Shown piece by piece: positions 9,149 to 17,297 of a stretch of DNA of 64,000 bases; position 1 is the first letter of the stretch; each line of letters opens with the position of its first letter. The notes below the pieces were generated by a model, which searched no databases, was not told where the DNA came from, and saw nothing but the letters and a program-made list of their open reading frames with translations. Made by a program: the position numbers and the translations under genes. Origin of the DNA: a virus; the IMG/VR virus record IMGVR_UViG_3300044733_003647, positions 1-64,000 of that record; one strand, 5' to 3'.

Positions 9149-9352
9149 TTAGTATGATTGACCACCAGGAAAACGCTCCCGGCTCCGACCAGGTTCGTGA
9201 TAAGATTCGAAAACCTTCTCCTTAAGCTTGGTGCCACGAACCGTGCGGATGGCTTGAATCTCCGCCTCCAAGCGCCGGTGTTCGGTATGGTAAGCTTCCA
9301 AAGCCTTGGCTTGGAGGGCTTTTAATTCTCGGATAGATTGTGTTTTCATCAT
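9149..9352 (-). CDS. Hypothetical protein, probably leaderless
   Basis: MMKTQSIRELKALQ; ATG lies 7 nt after the P3 -10 box. Confidence 0.6.
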   Translation of the reverse strand: MMKTQSIRELKALQAKALEAYHTEHRRLEAEIQAIRTVRGTKLKEKVFESYHEPGRSRERFPGGQSY

Positions 9353-9359
9353 GGAATGG

Positions 9360-9387
9360 ATTATGACAGAACCACAGGAAGTGGCAA
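9360..9387 (-). promoter_or_regulatory. Leftward promoter P3
   Basis: TTGCCA-N16-CATAAT. Confidence 0.8.
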
Positions 9388-9396
9388 TATACAACC

Positions 9397-9609
9397 TTAG
9401 TTCTCCAGCGGAGCGAACGGCTTTGCCATTTCATTATTGCAGGCCGCCGGGAACACTTTGCGGATGTCCTTGTGAACTGTCGCCAAAGACACTTCGAAGA
9501 TCCAAGCCACAGTCTCCGCTCCTTCGGCACTGGGCCACAAAGCACCGCTATGATACTGGTGAGCTTTGGCTAAAGCCAGTTCCCAGATCGCTTCTTTGTA
9601 AGTTTTCAT
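9397..9609 (-). CDS. Hypothetical protein, possible HTH
   Basis: SD AAGGAG; AETVAWIFEVSLATVHKDIR resembles an HTH. Confidence 0.7.
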   Translation of the reverse strand: MKTYKEAIWELALAKAHQYHSGALWPSAEGAETVAWIFEVSLATVHKDIRKVFPAACNNEMAKPFAPLEN

Positions 9610-9636
9610 GGTCAGCTCCTTGTTGTCTATGTGTGT

Positions 9637-9664
9637 ATTATACCGGAACCGTGGAGAATGGCAA
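9637..9664 (-). promoter_or_regulatory. Leftward promoter P4
   Basis: TTGCCA-N16-TATAAT; CCGGTCAA box upstream. Confidence 0.8.
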
Positions 9665-9695
9665 CCATCCAAGGATAGTTGACCGGACTGGAGGG

Positions 9696-9914
9696 TTATT
9701 CCTCCTTAGCCAGCTCCTTGCCCATATCAAAGTCCAGGCATTCCTGAAGCGTAGGCTCGGGGAAGGCCAAGCACTCCTGCTCGACCATTTCACAATAGAC
9801 CTCAGCCACCCAGGACACGGGGACCTCATACTTGGAGGCAATCTCCGCAAAGGTCAAAGGACCATCCAGTATGTCCTTTTGGATATCAAAAACAAGGTTG
9901 GACATAGCGCTCAT
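9696..9914 (-). CDS. Hypothetical protein, HTH-like
   Basis: LTFAEIASKYEVPVSWV; SD GAAAGGAAG. Confidence 0.7.
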   Translation of the reverse strand: MSAMSNLVFDIQKDILDGPLTFAEIASKYEVPVSWVAEVYCEMVEQECLAFPEPTLQECLDFDMGKELAKEE

Positions 9915-9941
9915 ATCTTCCTTTCAAATTACAATGGTTGG

Positions 9942-9969
9942 ATTATGGCGGATCCACAGGAAATGGCAA
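9942..9969 (-). promoter_or_regulatory. Leftward promoter P5
   Basis: TTGCCA-N16-CATAAT. Confidence 0.8.
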
Positions 9970-10002
9970 CCATAAACTTTAGTATTCCATCACCTTGGTC
10001 GG

Positions 10003-10152
10003 TTATTCCACAATCCGATACTTCCCGCTTTTGGGGAGGACGGTACCGTATGCACCAGCAATCCATACGGCGCGCTGGTAATGTGAAGCAGCAATGTACA
10101 TTGTGACAACCTCACCATCCGGCTTCAGAATTTTGAGCTCATACCGTGTCAT
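10003..10152 (-). CDS. Small hypothetical protein (49 aa)
   Basis: Manual translation MTRYELKILKPDGEVVTMYIAASHYQRAVWIAGAYG; SD AAAGGAA. Confidence 0.65.
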   Translation of the reverse strand: MTRYELKILKPDGEVVTMYIAASHYQRAVWIAGAYGTVLPKSGKYRIVE

Positions 10153-10181
10153 CCGCATTCCTTTGTTTAACCGATGGATGG

Positions 10182-10210
10182 ATTATGGCGGAGGATGGAA
10201 GGATTGGCAA
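10182..10210 (-). promoter_or_regulatory. Leftward promoter P6
   Basis: TTGCCA-N17-CATAAT. Confidence 0.75.
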
Positions 10211-10233
10211 GCGCTCAGGAATGATCCAGCGGA

Positions 10234-10275
10234 CCGGTCAAGAATGCTTGACCGGGGCTCCAGCTCTGGTATAAT
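10234..10275 (+). promoter_or_regulatory. Rightward promoter overlapping the inverted repeat CCGGTCAAG-AATG-CTTGACCGG
   Basis: TTGACC(10248)-N16-TATAAT(10270) with TG extension. Confidence 0.7.
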
Positions 10276-10389
10276 GGACTCATTCGAAAGCAGCCTGGGG
10301 TGGACGCTGGGGCTGCGTGACTGATCCACGACTATCGATACCTCTGCCGCGATAGGAATTTCCAATCGCAAAACGCTTGCCATAGCACT

Positions 10390-10440
10390 CCGGTCAAGAA
10401 TGCCAAAAGCGCTTGACAAACCGACCAATGCCTGTATTAT
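10390..10440 (+). promoter_or_regulatory. Rightward promoter with CCGGTCAA box
   Basis: CCGGTCAA(10390), TTGACA(10413)-N16-TATTAT(10435). Confidence 0.75.
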
Positions 10441-10470
10441 CTCATTATTGATTCAACGAAAGGCGACACC

Positions 10471-10680
10471 ATGAAAGCAGTAAAACTTCAGTATGCGGAA
10501 ATTCGGAGTATTATCAGCAATATGTCCGAAGCATCATATTCAAAATATGGATCATATTCATATTCTGCTGGTTATCTGGAATCTCAATTGGCGCAAGTAA
10601 TGGCCGATTTACCCGCTAATAAGCAAATTGATATTATCAAAACGCTTCAGCGGACCATTAATGATTTGCAAAAGGCATAA
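10471..10680 (+). CDS. Hypothetical protein
   Basis: SD GAAAGG; contains GSYSYSAGYLES. Confidence 0.7.
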   Translation: MKAVKLQYAEIRSIISNMSEASYSKYGSYSYSAGYLESQLAQVMADLPANKQIDIIKTLQRTINDLQKA

Positions 10681-10681
10681 T

Positions 10682-10855
10682 ATGGATTATAAAATCGAAT
10701 ATGATGGCGAATTCTATAATGTATATTATGGAGATAATCATTTAGAAACCTTTTGGTCTCTGAGTGAGGCTCTGGATTATCGCGCTATTATGATATGGGA
10801 GCGAGATAATGCCTTTCAGGACTATGGTACCGAGTGGGATATTGAGATGGTTTGA
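10682..10855 (+). CDS. Hypothetical acidic protein
   Basis: ORF track with adjusted start. Confidence 0.6.
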   Translation: MDYKIEYDGEFYNVYYGDNHLETFWSLSEALDYRAIMIWERDNAFQDYGTEWDIEMV

Positions 10856-10967
10856 GCGTCTCCTGCGTGATTTTGGTAGGTTTTGGATATATTTCGGTGC
10901 AATGCAGAAACTAAGTATCCAATCCTACTACCTATCCGCGACATTCTCCGCGCAGGTACGTACAGGC

Positions 10968-10998
10968 TGTGGATAACTTGTGGATAACATGTGGATAT
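10968..10998. repeat. Three tandem DnaA boxes with 11-bp period
   Basis: TGTGGATAA at 10968 and 10979 and TGTGGATAT at 10990 (reverse complement of TTATCCACA). Confidence 0.8.
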
Positions 10999-11137
10999 CA
11001 TCAGGTATGCATTATATTGCATAGTACTATAATGCATATCAGGTAAGCATTGAGGTAAGCATGGCGGTAGCGATCAGGTAGACTCTATTTAATACAATGG
11101 TTCTCATACTAAAACACTGGAGAACTATTGTATTAGG

Positions 11138-11165
11138 TTGACAAACCTAGGAATACCTGTATGAT
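11138..11165 (+). promoter_or_regulatory. Early promoter
   Basis: TTGACA-N16-TATGAT. Confidence 0.7.
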
Positions 11166-11205
11166 TCAGGTATTGATTGATTGATTCTTTACATGAGGTA
11201 ACATT

Positions 11206-11460
11206 ATGCGACATTCTGACATTATTGAGATGGTAAACGATTTGCTGGATGAGCAAGGTGAGGTTACTATTGGTAATCTAACCTTTTATCCTTCCCAGAT
11301 TCTCCGTGAGTGTGATCCGGTTGCTTATCGGATTACTGTCAACGAATATATCGATAATATGATTCAAGATTTGGAATATGATCTTGAGCGTACCGATGAT
11401 GGTGATGAGCAGGTAGATTTGAAAGAGCAAATTGCTCACCTTGAAGATTGCTATATGTGA
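11206..11460 (+). CDS. Hypothetical acidic protein
   Basis: SD GAGGT; PSQILRECDPVAYR. Confidence 0.7.
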   Translation: MRHSDIIEMVNDLLDEQGEVTIGNLTFYPSQILRECDPVAYRITVNEYIDNMIQDLEYDLERTDDGDEQVDLKEQIAHLEDCYM

Positions 11461-11468
11461 GGTAATAG

Positions 11469-11675
11469 ATGGGTTTCGAAAAACGTATTCTAAATGAGAT
11501 TGATCCTTTGTTGGATTCTGATACTCATGTTGAATTCTATAATGGTACATTGTTCTTGGAGAATGTATCAGGCGAGACAGGTAAGCGGATCTATAATAGG
11601 TTGGTGAAACGTCTAGGTAAGGAAAATATCATTTTCTCTACTATTGGTGATGGTTTCGCTGTTGATTTTGTTTGA
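11469..11675 (+). CDS. Hypothetical protein
   Basis: SD GAGGT. Confidence 0.65.
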   Translation: MGFEKRILNEIDPLLDSDTHVEFYNGTLFLENVSGETGKRIYNRLVKRLGKENIIFSTIGDGFAVDFV

Positions 11676-11696
11676 CGAAGTAATTGAGGTAAGGTT

Positions 11697-12011
11697 ATGG
11701 CAAAATTGTTGATTACTACCCAGGTTCACGAAAACTATGGTGCCCATACTTGGGATGGTGAAGGTGTATGCCCCCAATACTGGAAAGCAAAGGGTGGTAG
11801 CCATTATGTGGTACGTAATATTACCGATTTTAGTAATATCACGGAGATTGTGATGGCGGTTCGACCTCAGGTAGAATCGGATAATGAATATTTCCGTGAA
11901 TACATTATCGATTGGGAGGTAGTCGCTGATGATTATCTCACCGAATTCGAAAAGCATCAGCTGGAATATGATGGTGTGATTCGTTTTGCACCCAAAGAAT
12001 TGACAATCTAA
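11697..12011 (+). CDS. Conserved phage hypothetical protein
   Basis: TQ.HENYGAH.WDG.G.CPQYWKAKGG motif. Confidence 0.75.
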   Translation: MAKLLITTQVHENYGAHTWDGEGVCPQYWKAKGGSHYVVRNITDFSNITEIVMAVRPQVESDNEYFREYIIDWEVVADDYLTEFEKHQLEYDGVIRFAPKELTI

Positions 12012-12021
12012 AGGAGATATC

Positions 12022-12228
12022 ATGGATTACGAAATGTTCACCGATAAAGGTAATGCAATGGTGCATGGTATCGTGGTCGCAGCAAAATATAAGGGCCTAT
12101 CATGGGGCGAAGTATATGATATGCTGATTACTATCTCCGAAATTGATGGTTATGGTGAGGCAACCGATACTGCGGTGCGTGAATGTGTATATTCTGCACT
12201 CGGTGTTAAGACCAATTTTTATATTTGA
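12022..12228 (+). CDS. Hypothetical protein
   Basis: SD AAGGAG; EATDTAVRE.VY. Confidence 0.7.
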   Translation: MDYEMFTDKGNAMVHGIVVAAKYKGLSWGEVYDMLITISEIDGYGEATDTAVRECVYSALGVKTNFYI

Positions 12229-12479
12229 AAGTGTATACTAACATGATTGATCTTGCTTGTAAATCGGTTGCCGGTGGTTGGCAATGTATTGATAATGTCA
12301 CGAATAATGTATTCGGTCCTGTTTTTAATGATATTCAGGAACTATGGGATTGGCAACGGGCCAATCCTGTCGAAGGCATGAAATTGGTTAAAAACCTTAT
12401 GTCGGGTGAATATATTATGATTGCAGAAGATACACCTTGGTGCTGCAACCCGGCATCTGAAACTTATTGGAGTATGTAA
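12225..12479 (+). CDS. Hypothetical protein
   Basis: C-terminal VKNLMSG..TPWCCNPASETYWSM. Confidence 0.65.
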   Translation: MKVYTNMIDLACKSVAGGWQCIDNVTNNVFGPVFNDIQELWDWQRANPVEGMKLVKNLMSGEYIMIAEDTPWCCNPASETYWSM

Positions 12480-12700
12480 TGAACCGTAAATTGCCTTTTG
12501 AATGTATTATCTTTGATTCTGAACCCCAAGTGGTTACTAACCGATTCTCTGGTGAATCGTGTACGCTTGAACCAGATGCTATTGCAGTTTATGATTGTAT
12601 TATCGGTGCAGAAATGATCGGTGATTATAAACGTATGCAAAAAGGTCTGAATTGGTTCCGTAAATACTTTCCCGAAGAATATATGGTGCTTTTGGATTGA
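12479..12700 (+). CDS. Hypothetical protein
   Basis: NRFSGE..AVYD.IIG.E..WFR..FP.EYM.LLD. Confidence 0.7.
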   Translation: MNRKLPFECIIFDSEPQVVTNRFSGESCTLEPDAIAVYDCIIGAEMIGDYKRMQKGLNWFRKYFPEEYMVLLD

Positions 12701-12885
12701 TTATGCGAAAATCTCATCTTGTATATGTTGCGGAAGATCATAAACTTGATATTGATCAGTTTGTAGATTACTGCTTCAAATACCATTCTCAGTATGTTTG
12801 GGCAGTTCAAGGTATTGAATATTGCCACCCTAGTGATGCATCGTTTTTGGTGCAAGAGTTTAAAACGTTTAAGGAACAAGTATGA
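12697..12885 (+). CDS. Hypothetical protein, paralog of 15348-15557
   Basis: Shared LVY.AE.H.L.I..F.DYC motif. Confidence 0.6.
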   Translation: MIMRKSHLVYVAEDHKLDIDQFVDYCFKYHSQYVWAVQGIEYCHPSDASFLVQEFKTFKEQV

Positions 12886-13061
12886 AAGATTTGAATTGGG
12901 TTATGATGCTGGATATTCTGTCTGGCGCAAAGTTTACTAACTTTGGTCTCCACCAAATGGCACAACTTAACTGTGGTGATGTTATTGAATCTAAACAGTA
13001 TACCCTTATGACGGATCGTAATTACGAACCGACCAGTGCGGAGAAGTTTGCAAAACTATAA
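12882..13061 (+). CDS. Small hypothetical protein
   Basis: Manual translation MKDLNWVMMLDILSGAKF...; SD AAGGA. Confidence 0.5.
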   Translation: MKDLNWVMMLDILSGAKFTNFGLHQMAQLNCGDVIESKQYTLMTDRNYEPTSAEKFAKL

Positions 13062-13065
13062 TATT

Positions 13066-13281
13066 ATGACAGTTGTACGTACCCCTATTAAAATGGCTCT
13101 TTTGTCTATGGTCAAGGAACATTGGACAGCAGAAACCAAGGAAGAATTGATCCAGACATTTGATCGGATCGAATCGGAGTATCCCACACAAGGTTATGGC
13201 ACCATGCTCACCAACATTCGCCAGGACCCAACCGGGGCGCTCTGGCACGCTGAGTTTAGTCGGTTTATCAGTTGTGATTGA
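13066..13281 (+). CDS. Hypothetical protein
   Basis: YPTQGYGT...RFISCD. Confidence 0.6.
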   Translation: MTVVRTPIKMALLSMVKEHWTAETKEELIQTFDRIESEYPTQGYGTMLTNIRQDPTGALWHAEFSRFISCD

Positions 13282-13302
13282 CCACTAACTTACAGATAAT
13301 AC

Positions 13303-13363
13303 TTGACCGGACGGATGGAGTACTTTTGTTGTACTTGACAATCCTACGGGAAACCGTTACAAT
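13303..13363 (+). promoter_or_regulatory. Early promoter with upstream TTGACC..GGATGGAGTACT element
   Basis: TTGACA(13335)-N17-TACAAT; upstream block resembles that of P1. Confidence 0.75.
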
Positions 13364-13400
13364 GGTATCTTTCTTTGATTGACATGGAGTTTTGATTATT

Positions 13401-13904
13401 ATGGAATTTAACAGCGATAAACCTACCCGTTCTGGCATGTATCTTGTCGACCGTGGTATGCAAGGCAAAGCATATCGATATTATAACGCAGATACCGATT
13501 TCTGGGGTATGTGCGGTTATGATATGTCAGATGCTGATGCCAATAAAGATAAACCTTCCGCTGTTGGTTTCTTCCCTTGGGTTGGTCCTTTGACTGGTCC
13601 GAACTACAATAAGAAAGCGGAAGAAGTCGAATCGAAACCCGCAAAGCGTAAGATGGCAAAAATGCGTGGTGTTGCACCTGCTGTCACCAAGGCGCCTGCG
13701 GTACCCAAGGTCAAAGCACCGAAGGCACCGCGTGCCAAGTCTACTGCTGTGCATCCTGATGGCACCGTATTCTACCGCGAAGACCGTCAAAAGTGGGTTG
13801 CTATGTATGCAGGCAAACAAGAGGCAGCACGACCTACTGCCGAAGCGTGTCTTAAGTTTCTTAAGAAGAAATACGATATCGTTGGTGTTGTAATCGAGAA
13901 ATAA
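13401..13904 (+). CDS. Hypothetical protein with Pro/Ala/Lys linker and AP2-like C-terminus
   Basis: GTVFYREDRQKWVAMY..TAEAC resembles an AP2-type DNA-binding fold. Confidence 0.65.
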   Translation: MEFNSDKPTRSGMYLVDRGMQGKAYRYYNADTDFWGMCGYDMSDADANKDKPSAVGFFPWVGPLTGPNYNKKAEEVESKPAKRKMAKMRGVAPAVTKAPAVPKVKAPKAPRAKSTAVHPDGTVFYREDRQKWVAMYAGKQEAARPTAEACLKFLKKKYDIVGVVIEK

Positions 13905-13905
13905 T

Positions 13906-14127
13906 ATGACTATACCCGTGGAAAGAACTCGCGCCGTTATTCATACACGGCAGTTTCTGTACGATCTATTAGATCCGAAGAAAACCCCACGGGTATCTAA
14001 ATCTATCCGTGCAAGTGCCTTGCATTGTTTGCGGCATTATCCAACCGATTTTGATATGGAAATAATTGCAGAACGGGAAGATAATGACACAAACAATATG
14101 TACAAAATCTTTGGCAAAGGTGTATAA
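13906..14127 (+). CDS. Small conserved protein (BPSL0761-like)
   Basis: MT.P.ERTRAV..TR.FL..L...R..A..LRHYP. Confidence 0.7.
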   Translation: MTIPVERTRAVIHTRQFLYDLLDPKKTPRVSKSIRASALHCLRHYPTDFDMEIIAEREDNDTNNMYKIFGKGV

Positions 14128-14293
14128 TGGACTATTTGATTCGTGCTGAGAAATATGCTGAGGCTCGCGGTGATGAAATGTGGTTTAAAAACCTGTACAC
14201 CGGTTATCGTGAATATAACGGCGTAACCGATTCGGTTTGGAAAACCCTTTCTTATCTTTATAGTAACCAAGTCGCTGATATGTTGGAGTTTCA

Positions 14294-14524
14294 ATGAACG
14301 AACGATTGATTGAATTGTACCGTGCATCTAAACCAAAAGAGGCATTGGTATCTCAAGATGAATATAAAACGGCAAATGTATTGCTTGGTTCTGATGTTGA
14401 AAAGTTTGCCAATTTGATTATTCAAGATTGTTGTGATGTTTTACTTAAATGGAAAAATGAACCTTTTCCCTTTGATGAAGACCTTGCAGCATCTTTGATT
14501 CGTGAACATTTTGGAGTTAAGTGA
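14294..14524 (+). CDS. Hypothetical protein (NERI..EKFA.LI..HFGV family)
   Basis: Paralog of the next ORF. Confidence 0.65.
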   Translation: MNERLIELYRASKPKEALVSQDEYKTANVLLGSDVEKFANLIIQDCCDVLLKWKNEPFPFDEDLAASLIREHFGVK

Positions 14525-14775
14525 TGAAAGATAAGACCAAACATTTTGCTGAACTGGCCGGTTTTATGTTATGGCGTAATGAACCGTGGAATCCTGGTGA
14601 TGTAGTTGATTGGTCGGCACGTTATGATGATGAGTTGCAAAGGTTTGCTGACCTGATGATTAACGAAGCGATTAGAGTAGTCGAAAAGCGATTCATGGGT
14701 GACTTGAACCGCGAGGACATGGAAGTCCGCCGGTGCATCGAAGATTTAAAGAAACATTTTGGTGTTGAAAAATGA
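14521..14775 (+). CDS. Hypothetical protein, tandem paralog
   Basis: RFADLMI...KKHFGVE. Confidence 0.65.
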   Translation: MMKDKTKHFAELAGFMLWRNEPWNPGDVVDWSARYDDELQRFADLMINEAIRVVEKRFMGDLNREDMEVRRCIEDLKKHFGVEK

Positions 14776-15025
14776 ACGAACGAATTGATTTTTATGAGTG
14801 CTGAACCAGATTTTAAAATGTTTAGGTGGGTACCTGATGGTACTTATGACTACAGTGAATTTCTTGTAAGGTATGTCATTGTAAACGGTAACCCAATAAT
14901 TGTTATCAATAAAGCATGGGTAGATAAAGGCGGACCAACGGATGTGTCAGATGAACTGAGACAACCATGGGGGTCATTTCCCGATATGCCACCTAAGCCA
15001 TCTAAAAAATAATGGGTACTATTTA

Positions 15026-15361
15026 ATGAAACTAAGTGAATTGCACCGTATCGTTAACCTTTATCATCGTGATGGTCATTATGAGGACCCGGAGGTGGTG
15101 ATTTTGATTAAACTACCCTATAATACAGTTGGTTCCCGTCCCATGGTGCCTGTAAAAAATATAAGCATGGGTTTCGATTGGGAAGCCGGTAGATTCATTA
15201 TCATGCCTGAGGAAGACATTACACCTTCTGACCGTGATTTTGCTAAACAAATGAAAGAAATGCAAGACCGTGCAGCATGGGCTGATTATGATAATCGTAA
15301 TCTCAAAGCAGAGATTCGTAAGTTGAAGAAACAGTTGGAACAGAAAAATGGTCAAGTGTAA
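15026..15361 (+). CDS. Hypothetical protein
   Basis: GFDWEAG motif and coiled C-terminus. Confidence 0.65.
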   Translation: MKLSELHRIVNLYHRDGHYEDPEVVILIKLPYNTVGSRPMVPVKNISMGFDWEAGRFIIMPEEDITPSDRDFAKQMKEMQDRAAWADYDNRNLKAEIRKLKKQLEQKNGQV

Positions 15362-15557
15362 CCTTGTCTACACCGCTGAAACACACCGGTTGAATATCGG
15401 TGATTTTATTGACTACTGCTTAGGTAATTTTCCTGAGTTGACTTGGGACCGTGGCGGTATTGTTTATTGCCTAAAATCTGATGAAGAAAAGCTTGTCAAA
15501 GAATACATTGAGTGGTATAATCTGAAAGAAGAAATATGGAACGAAAATACATTGTAA
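15348..15557 (+). CDS. Hypothetical protein, paralog of 12697-12885
   Basis: LVYTAETHRLNIGDFIDYC. Confidence 0.6.
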   Translation: MVKCNLVYTAETHRLNIGDFIDYCLGNFPELTWDRGGIVYCLKSDEEKLVKEYIEWYNLKEEIWNENTL

Positions 15558-15862
15558 TGTGTAGCGAATGCTCAGAGGAGCATTCTGTTTCTGAAGTTGA
15601 ATTCCTGAATATTGAAGAAGATATTCATGGGCGAGACACTATGCATTTTGTCTGCCCTATTACAAAAACGGAGACCAAGAGTTTGGTTTATGGAGTTTGA
15701 AGATGTATAAAGAAGATATTTTTGCTTTCCTGGATAATGTTCGTGAATGCGGTAGAATCAATATGTTCGGTGCGGCCCCCGTCCTGCAAGAGGTCTTTGG
15801 TCTCGATAGGCGCGATGCTCGGGATATGCTTCTGGAGTGGATGGACACTTTTGCTGAACGTC

Positions 15863-16066
15863 ATGCAAAACAATAATAAGGTCTATGTGCTTTGGCACAA
15901 CTCGCTTAATTCCGAACAGGAAGAAACTGAACTGCTAGGCATTTTCAAGTCTAAAAAGGGCGCTGAGGATTATCGTGATGAACAAATTCTGGAAATGTAT
16001 GGTGATGAAATCCAAGCATCTGACCGTTTAGAATATTTTATTGAATCTTTCTATTTGGGTGAATAA
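15863..16066 (+). CDS. Hypothetical protein
   Basis: KVYVLWH..LLGIF.SK..AE. Confidence 0.6.
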   Translation: MQNNNKVYVLWHNSLNSEQEETELLGIFKSKKGAEDYRDEQILEMYGDEIQASDRLEYFIESFYLGE

Positions 16067-16446
16067 TGGGAACTAATTATTATGTGGCTAAAAACCTTTG
16101 TGAATGCTGCAACCGGTATGATGAAGAATATCATATCGGTAAATCGTCGTTTGGATGGGCATTTTCTTTTCAGGGATATCCTGCTGAGAGACTGACTTCA
16201 TGGAAAGCATGGAAAGAATTTCTGAAAAATCAAATCATCATGGATGAATATGGTGATAGGAAAGACTATGAATGGTTTGTCGTATTCATAGAAAAAGAAA
16301 AGTCACCAGGCTTTGTGAATGCTACTGGTCGTAAAAATGCATTGCACAATGAAGCTGGTAAAAAAGATAAGTACCCATGGTTCAATTCTGAGTATGATTG
16401 GGATGATGAAGATGGCTACTCGTTTACAACTAGGGAGTTTTCTTAA
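16066..16446 (+). CDS. Conserved phage hypothetical protein
   Basis: MGTNYY..C..C..HIGKSSFGW.F..DEYG..EFS. Confidence 0.75.
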   Translation: MGTNYYVAKNLCECCNRYDEEYHIGKSSFGWAFSFQGYPAERLTSWKAWKEFLKNQIIMDEYGDRKDYEWFVVFIEKEKSPGFVNATGRKNALHNEAGKKDKYPWFNSEYDWDDEDGYSFTTREFS

Positions 16447-16851
16447 ATGGATGAAGAATCAAGAAATAAATTGATAGATGAATTGAGTAATGCATTGAGT
16501 GATGACTCAAATTTTTATATGAAAGTGATGAAAGAGATTGAGAATGAACAGGAAGCATATTGGAACTCCTTGTCTAAGGAAGACCAACTAAAAGCTTTTT
16601 GTGCAGTGGTACGCCGTATTCATCAGGCCGAAATTCTAGACCAAGGTACTTACCGTCATGCATTGTATGGTGTTTTTGGTTTTGGTCCAGAATCTTATGC
16701 AAGAGGTATGGACTGTGGTTACATGGCAATTCATAATGCTATCATGCCGGAGGACCATGACCAAAGGCTATTGAAAGAATTCTGTAAAAAGTATGACATT
16801 GAAAATAGTGATGAAAAGATTACGGGCTTTTTTGAATTTAAGTGGACTTAA
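16447..16851 (+). CDS. Hypothetical protein, duplicated at 26124
   Basis: Near-identical N-terminal ~100 aa. Confidence 0.75.
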   Translation: MDEESRNKLIDELSNALSDDSNFYMKVMKEIENEQEAYWNSLSKEDQLKAFCAVVRRIHQAEILDQGTYRHALYGVFGFGPESYARGMDCGYMAIHNAIMPEDHDQRLLKEFCKKYDIENSDEKITGFFEFKWT

Positions 16852-16859
16852 GGATTGAA

Positions 16860-17297
16860 ATGAAATTATTTCTTGATACCGAATTTAACGGCTTTCAAGG
16901 CAAGTTAATCTCTATGGCACTGGTGCCCGAAAATGACTCGGTGCCTGAGTTTTACAAAGAACTTGAGATTAAAGACCAGCTAGAGCCGTGGGTGCGCGAT
17001 AACGTTGTGCCGCATTTGTTTCTAGCGCCATGTAGTTACTCTGAGTTTCAAAATGAACTGTCTAACTATCTGCGACACGTTACCTTTCACCATGACTGCA
17101 CCATTGTTGCTGATTGGCCAGATGATATTCGGTATTTTTGTGAATCACTGATTACTGGTCCCGGCATGATGATAAAGCTTAATGATAATCTCAATTTTGA
17201 ATTGGACTTTGATATTGAATATGAATCGCTGGTGCCACACAATGCACTGCATGACGCAAGGGCTATACGTGATTTTTATATGGGAAGATTGAAATGA
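16860..17297 (+). CDS. DEDDh 3'-5' exo(ribo)nuclease
   Basis: LFLDTEF, ADWPDD and HNALHDA. Confidence 0.8.
   Translation: MKLFLDTEFNGFQGKLISMALVPENDSVPEFYKELEIKDQLEPWVRDNVVPHLFLAPCSYSEFQNELSNYLRHVTFHHDCTIVADWPDDIRYFCESLITGPGMMIKLNDNLNFELDFDIEYESLVPHNALHDARAIRDFYMGRLK

Noticed and set aside
7835-10106. Long + strand ORFs (7835-8455, 8533-9096, 9306-10106)
   Set aside because: They are antisense shadows in GC-rich DNA; promoters, SDs and the terminator all support the minus-strand genes.
8460-10210. Regularly recurring ~30-bp repeats as a CRISPR array
   Set aside because: The units are degenerate, 260-630 bp apart, separated by genes, and match -35/-10 promoters. No cas genes are present.
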